64,000 nucleotides of DNA from Chthoniobacteraceae bacterium (GTDB lineage: Bacteria; Verrucomicrobiota; Verrucomicrobiia; Chthoniobacterales; Chthoniobacteraceae). A model generated the notes under the pieces. The model did no database searches and was not told where the DNA came from. It saw only the letters and a program-made list of their open reading frames with translations. Made by a program: the position numbers and the translations under genes. Every line of letters begins with the position of its first letter. The stretch's first letter is position 1. The stretch is taken from assembly GCA_031409655.1 (NCBI GenBank), contig JANNXQ010000187.1, positions 71,515-135,514 of the forward strand, read 5' to 3'. This document shows positions 45,601 through 53,382 of this stretch, piece after piece.

Positions 45601-46477
45601 CGATTACATGGACGGCGACTTCGATCTGAACGGCATCAACGATCTCCCCGCAGGCAAACGCGGGATCAGTTGGACCATGTGGTGCTTCAATCCCAACAGC
45701 GGCGACACCGGCGGCATCGTCGGCGACGACTGGACGACCGTGAACCAAACGAAGCTCGCCTACATCCAGGCCGGCATGGCGCCATCGCTCGCCAACAGCG
45801 CCAGTGGGCAGACGGCGAGCTTTACCGTCACGCTGTCCGCAGCCTCCACCCAAGCTGTGAGTGTGGCATGGGCCACCATGAACGGCACCGCCATCGCAGG
45901 CACCAACTACACCGCCGCGAGCGGCACGCTGACCTTCGCAGCGGGCGAGACGAGCAAGACGATCACCATCGCCCTGCTGCCCAATGCCTCACCACTGGAA
46001 ACCAAAGCCTTCATCGTGCAACTCAGCAATCCTATCGGCTCAACCCTCGCCAACAATACAGCCATCGCCGCCCTCGCCCCGAACACCCCCTGGCATGGCT
46101 GGCTGATGGGAAGGTTTTATCCAAGCGAACTGGCCGATCCGGTCATCACCGGTCAATCCGCGGACCCAGACGCTGACGGCGTGACCAACCTCATCGAATA
46201 CGCGACTGCGATGAACCCCGTTTTGAATGACACGGTGCCTGCCTTCGCTACCAAGATGACCAGTGCGCTGGAGTTCATCTACACAAAGAACAAAGCCGCC
46301 ACCGACGTGACCTGCGTCGTCGAGTGGAGCGACACGCTCGGCGGAACAAGCTGGAGCGACACCGGCCTGAGTGCGCCCACATTCCTCAGCGACAACGGCG
46401 TGACGCAGCAGGTGAAAGTGACCATGGCCGCAGGCAACGGAGTCGCGCGGTTCTTGAGATTGAAGGTTACGAGGTAG
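42686..46477 (+). CDS. multidomain cellulase: GH6 - CBM2 - Ig - GH5 (inserted in Calx-beta) - conserved C-terminal module
   Basis: GH6 IEPDSL/GESDG; CBM2 WATGYNGEITVTN...WTLEF...IWNG; GH5 GINWFGFET, LDRH, DLFNEP, SIHDY, VGEFG, WCFNPNSGDTGG. Confidence 0.93.
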   Translation: MSPISIRAFSAGFIAALAFAMTAAAQTAVHLDNPFVAATFYRNVDYVAAVNAAANLQGGAVGQQMRRVANFPTFVWLDTIAAVNGTGSYPRSLSGHLDQALLQGANAIGIVIYNLPNRDGSALASNGELLIAQNGLNRYKTEYIDVIYSIISQAKYSGLRIVMVIEPDSLPNLITNLSFPKVAEANTTGAYVQGVQYAIGTLRSLTNTYAYIDVAHAGWLGWPNNLTPFANLLKQVGAGIPGGNSKVDGFISNTANYNVFVEPYMTANQMISGQPVRSTPIWYDWNDHIEERSFALALRTALTSGTDAYPTIIGLLLDTSRNGWGGTARPTGPSTSTVRNTFVRATTLDRRIHKGNWGNQSGAGIGARPMANPSPNYDAFVWVKPPGESDGSSSLIPTGPENPDGKGFDRMCDPTYHGNSLNGNQLTGALPNAPVSGRWFQSQFVQLVQNAYPAFTASTAVSFAITSTWATGYNGEITVTNDGDTAVNGWTLEFDFTGTITNIWNGTITSHVGTHYVIQNVSYNANIPAGASVVVGFSADPANQSQPPTNYLFNGVAVGGTTSNPTITTSTLPGGSVGSAYSHTLAATGGTGPYAWSVSAGALPNGITLSTTGVLSGNPNGTGTANFTAQVIDSSSPVRTASKLLSLAVTTPPTLSINDVTVTLTAANAGSGYLSTSGNQIVDSAGNAVRITGINWFGFETSNRVLHGLWARGYKSALDQIKTLGFNTLRIPYSNAMLRAGAATSSINFALNPDLQGLTPLQCLDKVIDYCGQIGLRIFLDRHSANADGYLNENVWFISGDAYYTEQRWIDDWVMLATRYAGNPTVIGADLFNEPKRTATWGNSAPLTDWNRAAERCGNAIQAVNPNWLIIVEGVEQFGGQSYWWGGNLMGVATLPVTLNVPNKLVYSIHDYPASVSAQTWFSAGNYPQNLGGVWDSYWGYIFKNNTAPIIVGEFGSKLLTTSDQQWMDKLTDYMDGDFDLNGINDLPAGKRGISWTMWCFNPNSGDTGGIVGDDWTTVNQTKLAYIQAGMAPSLANSASGQTASFTVTLSAASTQAVSVAWATMNGTAIAGTNYTAASGTLTFAAGETSKTITIALLPNASPLETKAFIVQLSNPIGSTLANNTAIAALAPNTPWHGWLMGRFYPSELADPVITGQSADPDADGVTNLIEYATAMNPVLNDTVPAFATKMTSALEFIYTKNKAATDVTCVVEWSDTLGGTSWSDTGLSAPTFLSDNGVTQQVKVTMAAGNGVARFLRLKVTR

Positions 46478-46543
46478 AAAGCTGCAGGCCAATCACGGCA
46501 CCCCTCGTGCACCCGGAACGCTCAGACCATTCATGAAAGCAGA

Positions 46544-46816
46544 ATGTCGTCTGCGCCGGACAACCACGATGCCTATGATTACGCCGAGCGCATCCGTGAG
46601 CGACTGCCGCGCAGACATCAAGAACTGCGTGAGGCGGAGCGCCTGAGCATGGATGCCCTCTGGTAAAAGTGCGGCGTGGCGCGGGACACCATCAGCCGCA
46701 TCGAAGGCAGTGAAACGATCCCCGGCGTTCATGTGCTGGCGCGGCTGGCTTGGGTCGTGGAGAAGAGCATCACGGACTTCTTCACCGGGATCGAGGACGA
46801 GCCCGGGCCGTCCTGA
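46544..46816 (+). pseudogene. XRE-family HTH regulator with in-frame stop
   Basis: Manual translation ELREAERLSMDALW*KCGVARDTISRIE...PGVHVLARLA; TAA at 46664-46666. Confidence 0.75.
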
Positions 46817-47001
46817 ATATCGGACTGACGCCGGTCTCGGGAGGTGTGCTGAAGTCGCGGGCGTCAACGCCGTCCCCCGTGATGAAGCTTCTCTTCCAAA
46901 CAAGCACCTGCCCGTCGCTACCACGGCTGCCGATTCCGGCTCCAAGCGCGGAGTTCCTGGGCAAAAGGGTGGTCCTGAGCCTCCAAACTCCGCCCCATTT
47001 C

Positions 47002-47130
47002 GCGGGCACGAGCAACAACAGCAACGTCGTGGGCACGCTCGGCCAGTGAGCCGATGGCAGCTACAACCAGCAGCAGATGCAGGACGTGCTGAACAAGCGC
47101 GACGAGCTGATCAACGCGCTGAGGCGGTAA
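47002..47130 (+). pseudogene. C-terminal gene fragment with internal stop
   Basis: AGTSNNSNVVGTLGQ*ADGSYNQQQMQDVLNKRDELINALRR*; resembles C-termini of phage-like proteins, family not assigned. Confidence 0.4.
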
Positions 47131-47357
47131 TCCCACCCACGGACATTCCGGGGAAGCCACTGAGAAGCAACTCGGCAAGCCCTTTTTGCTGGGTAGATGG
47201 TGAGGTTAGGTGAAGTCCATTGGGTCACCTCCTTGCTACTGTTTACACCCGTCCCGAAAGCTCCCGTTCGGGAGCCCCACTATTTCGGTCGGCAGGCCGT
47301 GCGCCTTCCGCAAGCCACTCGTTCGTTCCCTGAACCCAACATCGGCGAACTTGGGCC

Positions 47358-47503
47358 GTGTATCCCGCGGTGTATCCCGGCGAAAAAACTCTGTGCCGCA
47401 CCTTGCCCACGGTGCCGCATCTCAATCGCCCGCTAAGCCTGTAGCGGCCTTGCTTCGCGGCCATCCGTGCCGCTCCATGCCGCATCCTGCCGCAATATTC
47501 CGC
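47358..47503 (+). repeat. att-arm-like repeats upstream of attR
   Basis: GTGTATCCCG at 47358 and 47370; TGCCGC at 47468, 47478, 47488 and TTCCGC at 47498 (10-bp period). Confidence 0.6.
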
Positions 47504-47529
47504 TTCCTCTGTGCGAACCGCTACCCCTC

Positions 47530-47576
47530 AATGGGGTTCAAGAGGTCGTGGGTTCGAATCCCGCCAGCCCGACTCT
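47530..47576 (+). repeat. attR core (3' part of tRNA-Pro, 47 bp)
   Basis: Identical to 22684-22730; no tRNA 5' half upstream. Confidence 0.95.
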
Positions 47577-47624
47577 TCGCAAATACTTGGAAAAGTGGTG
47601 CTTGCGCGACACGAAGTGCGTCAC

Positions 47625-47664
47625 GTGGCAATGGGTGGCAATGGCCATTGCCATTTCATTGCCA
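47625..47664. repeat. four-unit TGGCAATG direct + inverted repeat
   Basis: GTGGCAATGG GTGGCAATGG CCATTGCCAT TTCATTGCCA. Confidence 0.8.
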
Positions 47665-47944
47665 AAAACTGAGAGCTTTGTGTGTGGGCCGGGTGGCCCG
47701 GTCTCATGAGCGCCATCCAGCTTTAGGGTGACAGTGCGGTGGAAGCGAACCACCCCGTCCTCCGGCACCTGCGCTGCCCGCTTTGGAATGGCGGGGACCA
47801 GACCTCATCGCAAACCGTCCCTAGCAGTTCTCCCAGCCTGCTCGCCGGGCTCAAACGGGCGAAGCCCGCGCCACGCAACCGAATTTTGCCGCGCCCCTAC
47901 GCCGTTCGCGTGGGGAGCGGCCCCAAACACAACTCAGAAACATC

Positions 47945-48646
47945 ATGAAAAAATTGAACACCACCAACGCGGCCACCATCGCCGCAGAATCAAAAGCACC
48001 CGCGCCTGCCTTGAAGAAGGTCAGCCTCGCCGGGTTCGCCACGCAGACCCCCGCGAGCAAGTCGGCAAAAGCCTATCCGCTGCTGCCCGACCCCGACGGT
48101 CAAGTCGGGGAACTGGTCACCAGCATCCTCGACAAGAGCGCCCAACTCGAAGCTCTCGAAGGCGCCCTTGAGCTTGAAAAGGGTGAGCTGATCGCCATCG
48201 CCAAGCCGTTCTACTTTGCCCACACCACCACGGCCAGCATGTGGTGGCGTCGGCAGTGGAAGCCCGCAGCGCAGACGGCAAAGCGGTCCGAGTGGGATTC
48301 AACAACTCCTACCGACCGCGGCACCAGCGATGAACCCGCCATCAGCCGACTCGCCGGGGAGCACGCTGCGCGGTATTTCAAGCAGTCGTTTGAACTGAAG
48401 ATCAAAGGCGACCTCATCCCGGATGCCGCGGTAGAGCCGCTGCTTGCCGAATTGCAGGAGATGTTCGCTCGCCATGGAGCAAGCGCAGCGCTCTCTGCCA
48501 AGGCCACCATCAAGCCAACGAGGGAATTCCACACCGCACGACACACGCTGTTCAGCGTCGAGCGGAACTTCGAGTTGGACAAGATTGTGCCGATCATCGC
48601 GAGCGTGAAGACGAAGCTCGGGAAGGGAGGAAGCGAGGATGAATGA
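47945..48646 (+). CDS. hypothetical mobile-element protein, possibly with two compensating frameshifts
   Basis: Plausible protein except ~48224-48316, where the alternative frame (HHHGQHVVASAVEARSADGKAVRVGFNNSY) looks more natural. Confidence 0.55.
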   Translation: MKKLNTTNAATIAAESKAPAPALKKVSLAGFATQTPASKSAKAYPLLPDPDGQVGELVTSILDKSAQLEALEGALELEKGELIAIAKPFYFAHTTTASMWWRRQWKPAAQTAKRSEWDSTTPTDRGTSDEPAISRLAGEHAARYFKQSFELKIKGDLIPDAAVEPLLAELQEMFARHGASAALSAKATIKPTREFHTARHTLFSVERNFELDKIVPIIASVKTKLGKGGSEDE

Positions 48647-49578
48647 GTTCACTCTGCGGCTGGCAGACGGCCGCTGGGTGAGTTCGCCGACGAACACTGT
48701 GACGAGCAATCCGAACCTCGCTGGAGTGTTCACCGCCGCCGACCACAAGTCGGCGGCGGATCTGCGGCGGAAGATGGAGCGCATTCATGGCCCGCTGGAA
48801 CTCGTGCCCTGGCAGAGCAAACGCACTCACGGTGCTGAGAACGTCGGCCTGTTGGCAGAGGCCCAAGACCTCTTCGCAGGCGAAATGCTCCAAAGCCACA
48901 AAGACGCCCTCCACGACATGCAGATCGACGGCAGCGAAGTGGTGCGCGAGATCGGATTGAAGGCTCCGCCGCTGATCACATTCCCGGCGCGGCCGATCCA
49001 GGGAGGGCGCCTCGAACTCGCTCCACCGAAACGCGGCCTGTGGTATGCGGAGCCGAAACTCAATGGATGGTGCGCTCATTCACACGCCGACCGGGACGAT
49101 GTGGAACCGGCATGGGGCACTGCTCACGATTGCAGACTGCTTCCGACCCGCACTCGTCGTGCTGGCGAAGCTCTCCAGTCGCGGCCTTGTTTGGGCCGAC
49201 TGTGAGGCCCTCGAACGCAGACACAATCTCGGACGGGGCACTCTGGTCGTGCTGGATGTGGTTCCGGAATCGGGCGCGCCGAGCTACGAGCAGAGGCGCG
49301 CGATCCTTGAAACGCTTATCCCGACTGACGCGGTGTTCAGCGGTGATACGTCGCGCCCGGTGCCGTGCGGTGCAGTAGTGCTGACGCCGACCCTCCACGT
49401 TGAATCACACGCCGATGCCCTCGCGCTCTACCATCTGCTCCGCGCCGCCAACCGGGCTTTCGGCTGCGATTTCTTCGAAGGCGTGGTGATGAAGCGGGCG
49501 GATTCGGCGTATTCAGTGCAGGTGCGCTCCGCAAAGGAGGAATTCCACGGATGGATGAAGCACCGCTTCCTCACCTGA
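48639..49578 (+). pseudogene. ATP-dependent DNA ligase-like nucleotidyltransferase, frameshifted at ~49070
   Basis: Motif I YAEPKLNGW in one frame; ALIHTPTGTMWNRHG, DCEAL, VVLD, YEQRRAIL, EGVVMK, WMKHR in the next. Confidence 0.7.
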
Positions 49579-49725
49579 GCCGCAAGCTGCCTGCGTAAAC
49601 GCCCGCTGGCCAATGACCAGCGAGCGTATCGCATGTTGGAATTGAAGGCAATTGCGAAGCCCCCGAGCGCGCGACTAAATCCAGAACATTTCCGCCACCC
49701 TTGCAGGTGCCGAAACAATTCCAGC

Positions 49726-49857
49726 CCCATGCAGCGGGCAAGGCCCGCTGAGGCTGTTCCCCGAGCGTTTGAACCCTGCGGCAAGGCCGTAGTGTTCGAG
49801 CACCTGGAGCATGGTGACGGCAGCCTTCACCGCCTTGAAGTCCATAAATCGGGACAT
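49726..49857 (-). pseudogene. CHC2 zinc-finger (primase-type) N-terminal fragment
   Basis: MSRFMDFKAVKAAVTMLQVLEHYGL...LSGPCPLHG, then homology ends. Confidence 0.65.
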
Positions 49858-50000
49858 GGCGTTTTCCTCCTGTGAAGGTTCTATGGGTGGCCGCGCGAAA
49901 TGCCCGTCTGATTCCCATCGAACATTATATCGGACTTTTGGCACGAACTACAACGCCTACAACTGGGAAAGCCTGCCGATCACGAGGGTCGGGGTATTCG

Positions 50001-50495
50001 TCAGGACGCTGCCACGCTGGAACCGGTATTGCTCGCGATATTGCTTGAGCCACCAGCGACGGTCGCGGAACTCCCGCTGGCCACATTCCCATTGCCACCG
50101 CCGATGACGGAGCCACCGTTGCTAGCGCTATTCCCGCTGCCGCCAGCGATCGTGGCAAAGCCGGACGCGGTGATCTCGTTGCGGCTGTTCCCGCTGAGCC
50201 CGCCTCCAGCGATCACGGCCCCGAAAGCCGCGGGGTCGTGGACTATCCGGTGCGAGTGGCCCTCCCGGCTGCAAGCGCAGCGCGCGCTGGCCATTCACCG
50301 AGAGATCGAGCGGCGTATTCCCCGTGGTGCCGAGGAAGCTCGGGTCCGCCACCGCGCCGGCCGTGAGCGCATAGGCGCGGCGGTGATCCGGCGATCCGGC
50401 GTGAGTTGCTCAAAGGTGGTGCCATTGGTGGAAAACCAGACGCGCAGCCGCACGTCGGCATTGCCCGTGAAGACGCTCGGCGGGATGGCCGCGGT
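50001..50495 (-). pseudogene. fragments of a tail-fibre/adhesin-like Gly-rich repeat protein
   Basis: VRLRVWFSTNGTTFEQLTPDRRI, FLGTTGNTPLDLSVNGQRALRL and ATIAGGSGNSA/SVIGGGNGNVA repeats lie in three frames. Confidence 0.6.
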
Positions 50496-50880
50496 CATAT
50501 TCGCCATCAGCGCGTGCTCCGGGAAGAGGCGTCTGACGGAGCGATTGCGCGAAATCCAATCGAGTCGAGAGAAAGGTGTGTCGTCCACGCGGCGAAGATG
50601 CGCGGCTCCGCGGTTGGCAAGGCCGTAGGCGATGCTCCGAAACCGCCGCGCTGGTAGTAGTCGATCTGACAGGCGAGGCGCTCCAGGTAGCCGTGGTGGT
50701 AGACCTTTGCAGACGGCGAAGCACTTGTTGACGGCTGCCGCCCACGAGGTCAGCGATTTGATGCGAGCGCAAAAAGCGGTGGCGATTCACCATGCGAAGA
50801 ATCACCGTGTCGCGCGCGGTCATTTCCATCGGAGCACAATTGTCCATGCGCCGAAAGCGCCGATGTCGGGGGAACGTCAT
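50496..50880 (-). pseudogene. replication-relaxation (Replic_Relax) family N-terminal fragment
   Basis: TARDTVILRMVNRHRFLRSHQI...RRLQR, then (frameshifted) YHHGYLER, IAYGLANRG, EHALM. Confidence 0.7.
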
Positions 50881-51024
50881 CCCCGCATTTTACCACGCGG
50901 ACGCGGGTGAAAGGCCGGCAGTTGTTCACAGTTTCATCGACAGGAAAAGGACGCCACCTCTGCGCAGCCGCACCAGCAAATGCTCTTTGATCCCGAGGTC
51001 TTCCACTCCACCGGTCTCCAGAGC

Positions 51025-53382
51025 TTACTTGACTTCCTGAATGACTTTGTGCGGCGTGAGTTCTGCATTGTCCGCGAGGTCGGTGGCCCTTGCGCGGTAG
51101 CGGCCGTCGGCAGGCGCTTCCAGCGTGATGATCCAGTCCGCCACTCCCGCGTGCCGGCGCGTGATCGTGGCATGATGGCCATTGACGGAGACGGTCGCGA
51201 TCTCGCCGTTGTCGTGGGAAACGCCACGCACCGTCCGCTGGGTGCGATCGTGCTGAATGCTGGTGATCAAGCTTGCAGGTGGCAGGTCATCTACGGGATC
51301 GAGGAGGTCAGGGAAGGCGATGCGGTTTACCTCGGCCGCACGCGCCTCTGGTCCAGTCCAGTGAAGGATGCTTCGATAACAAGCGTCCTGCGTGATTGCG
51401 GGCGTATTCACACTCGCCACGCGCGTCACCGTGCCGGGATTGGGCAGGTCGTGGAAGTAATAGTTAACGGGATGCTCCGTCTTCTTCGTGCTTGGGCCGC
51501 CGCCAAAATCCACGACGCTGCCTTCTCGTGATTGACTGTTCGTGAGCGTCAGGCTGCGGAAATGCCCAGCAAGGCCTGGCTTTGACGCGATGCCGGTGAG
51601 TTGAACGAGCGGATCACGCTGGAGAATGCAGTCCGAAAACGTGAGGCGGTCATAGGTGAAGTCACCATAAGGGAGGCTCTGTTCGTCGTGGCCGCCGTTG
51701 ATTGGCTCGGCAGTCACGTTGTGGAAGGCGATGTCGCGATACACATGCGCATCGTAGTCGGGGTGGTAGATGCCGAATGCGGCGTCCTGCACGCGGAGGC
51801 CGTCGAGCAGGAAGAACTTGACGTTGGGCCGGATCGCATAATGCGCGGCCCAGGCGCGCAGGTTGCGGACGATGAAGGGATGCTCGCGGTCGCCATGCAC
51901 GGAGCCGTGTTCCTCATCGCCGAAGCGGAACTCGAAGAGGCCTTCGCTGTGAGATTCGTTGTCCTCGAAACGCATGAACGGCAGCGTGCGCACATCGCGT
52001 TCGGCAACTTCCCCATCCGGCGAGCGGACGCGCAGCACGGGGTTGAAGTCGGGCGTCTTGGTGATTTGGAAATGGAAGCCATAGCGGTCGTTTTCACACG
52101 CGACATTGCGGATGAAGGTGTTGCGTCCATTCGCCCACCAGAAGCCCGCGCCATCGTTGGGATCGAACGACAGCACCTGTTTCGGCAAGGGCACGCTGCC
52201 AAAGGCCTGCACGGCGAGATTGCGGTCGAGCACGTTCCATTGCTCGGTCGCGTCTTCGAGGAAGAAGCCGTGGCCGAGTGACTGATAGCCGACGCAATCG
52301 CGGATGAGCAAGTGGTCGGTGCCGTGGATGGTGACCCAGCGGTTGTGCGAGTCCCAGATGCTCGCGCCGAGCACGCCGCTGCCGCGCATCGTATCGCGGA
52401 CGAGATGGAAATGGATCGGGTATTTGCCGAGCACGCCTTCTTTGCCGAGATGCCGGAACTCCGCGTAACTGATGCCGCCGGAGGAGTCGCGGTGATACAT
52501 CGTGTGACCCCGAGCACCGGCTGGATCTGCGGACTCGATGACAACATTGCGCGAGAGGTTGGCGACTTCACAACGCATCCATCCCGCGCCGTGGTGCGCC
52601 TTCTCCAATGGACGGTCAACGGTGAGCACCGCGTCATTGATGGCGGTGATCACGCGCTCCTCCGTGCCGATGGGTTTCTGTCTGCCACGCGACTTCTTTC
52701 GAAACGTCGTCCCAGACTCAATGGCGGGTGCCTCGCTCGTCGTGATGATGATCCGGTCGCCAACGTGCCAGTCGGCCACGCCTTGTTCCACCGTCACCTT
52801 CACATCGCCCGCCTTTGCTGGTGCCGCGAGCTTCAACCAGGTGCGCTGCATCGGTGAGCCATGCACGTCCCAGCGCCCGCCGCAGGCGATGATGGCGGGC
52901 AGGGTTTCTGGATTCGTGCCTTTGAACTGACGCAAACGGATGGTCGCCTTCACACCCGCCGGGATGGGCGACGCCAGCGTGCCGATCTCGAACACCGGCA
53001 GCGCAGCGCCAGCTAGTGGCGCGGGAGCGGCATCGTGGCAGTCAAAACCATCCTCCGTTGTCGTTTCACCCGGTTCGACCTTGATCAGTCCGACATCGAG
53101 CAACGTGGACACTTCCTGCGAAAACGTGAGCGTGCCCGCGACGTGCAGCATCCGCAGCGCAGCATCTGAATTCACATCATAGGTCACGACATGACCTGCA
53201 CGAACCTGCACGAAATCACCTGCTTGGGGCTGCCGTCTGCCTTCCCAAGTCTGAGCGTCCGACCATTTGCCGCTATGCGCGGTGCGTGCGTCGAAGACGA
53301 CGGGTTCCGCCGCGAAAATCGCGGCCGAGAACAGCAGCGCGCAAAAAGTCAGGATGGTTTTCACAGGGATGGGTGAGGTCAT
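51025..53382 (-). CDS. G8-domain parallel beta-helix protein (CEMIP/TMEM2-like)
   Basis: SGKWSDAQTW, WHVGDRIIIT, EVANLSRNVVI, LGKYPIHFHL, HNRWVTIHGT, GHGFFLED. Confidence 0.85.
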   Translation of the reverse strand: MTSPIPVKTILTFCALLFSAAIFAAEPVVFDARTAHSGKWSDAQTWEGRRQPQAGDFVQVRAGHVVTYDVNSDAALRMLHVAGTLTFSQEVSTLLDVGLIKVEPGETTTEDGFDCHDAAPAPLAGAALPVFEIGTLASPIPAGVKATIRLRQFKGTNPETLPAIIACGGRWDVHGSPMQRTWLKLAAPAKAGDVKVTVEQGVADWHVGDRIIITTSEAPAIESGTTFRKKSRGRQKPIGTEERVITAINDAVLTVDRPLEKAHHGAGWMRCEVANLSRNVVIESADPAGARGHTMYHRDSSGGISYAEFRHLGKEGVLGKYPIHFHLVRDTMRGSGVLGASIWDSHNRWVTIHGTDHLLIRDCVGYQSLGHGFFLEDATEQWNVLDRNLAVQAFGSVPLPKQVLSFDPNDGAGFWWANGRNTFIRNVACENDRYGFHFQITKTPDFNPVLRVRSPDGEVAERDVRTLPFMRFEDNESHSEGLFEFRFGDEEHGSVHGDREHPFIVRNLRAWAAHYAIRPNVKFFLLDGLRVQDAAFGIYHPDYDAHVYRDIAFHNVTAEPINGGHDEQSLPYGDFTYDRLTFSDCILQRDPLVQLTGIASKPGLAGHFRSLTLTNSQSREGSVVDFGGGPSTKKTEHPVNYYFHDLPNPGTVTRVASVNTPAITQDACYRSILHWTGPEARAAEVNRIAFPDLLDPVDDLPPASLITSIQHDRTQRTVRGVSHDNGEIATVSVNGHHATITRRHAGVADWIITLEAPADGRYRARATDLADNAELTPHKVIQEVK

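Larger units (their letters stand above)
22684..47576. mobile_element. ~24.9-kb genomic island integrated at tRNA-Pro(GGG)
   Basis: Identical 47-bp direct repeats at 22684-22730 and 47530-47576; integrase and excisionase-like gene beside the left repeat. Confidence 0.92.

Noticed and set aside
46664..46666. Stop-codon recoding in the XRE gene (also TGA at 47047)
   Set aside because: TAA is used as a normal stop elsewhere in the window and the surrounding region is decayed; pseudogenisation is simpler.
47530..47576. Second tRNA-Pro gene
   Set aside because: Only the anticodon loop to 3' end is present; no D arm or 5' acceptor strand. It is attR.
22839..50880. Intact prophage or conjugative element
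   Set aside because: No capsid, terminase, portal or type IV secretion genes; only int/xis and broken fragments.
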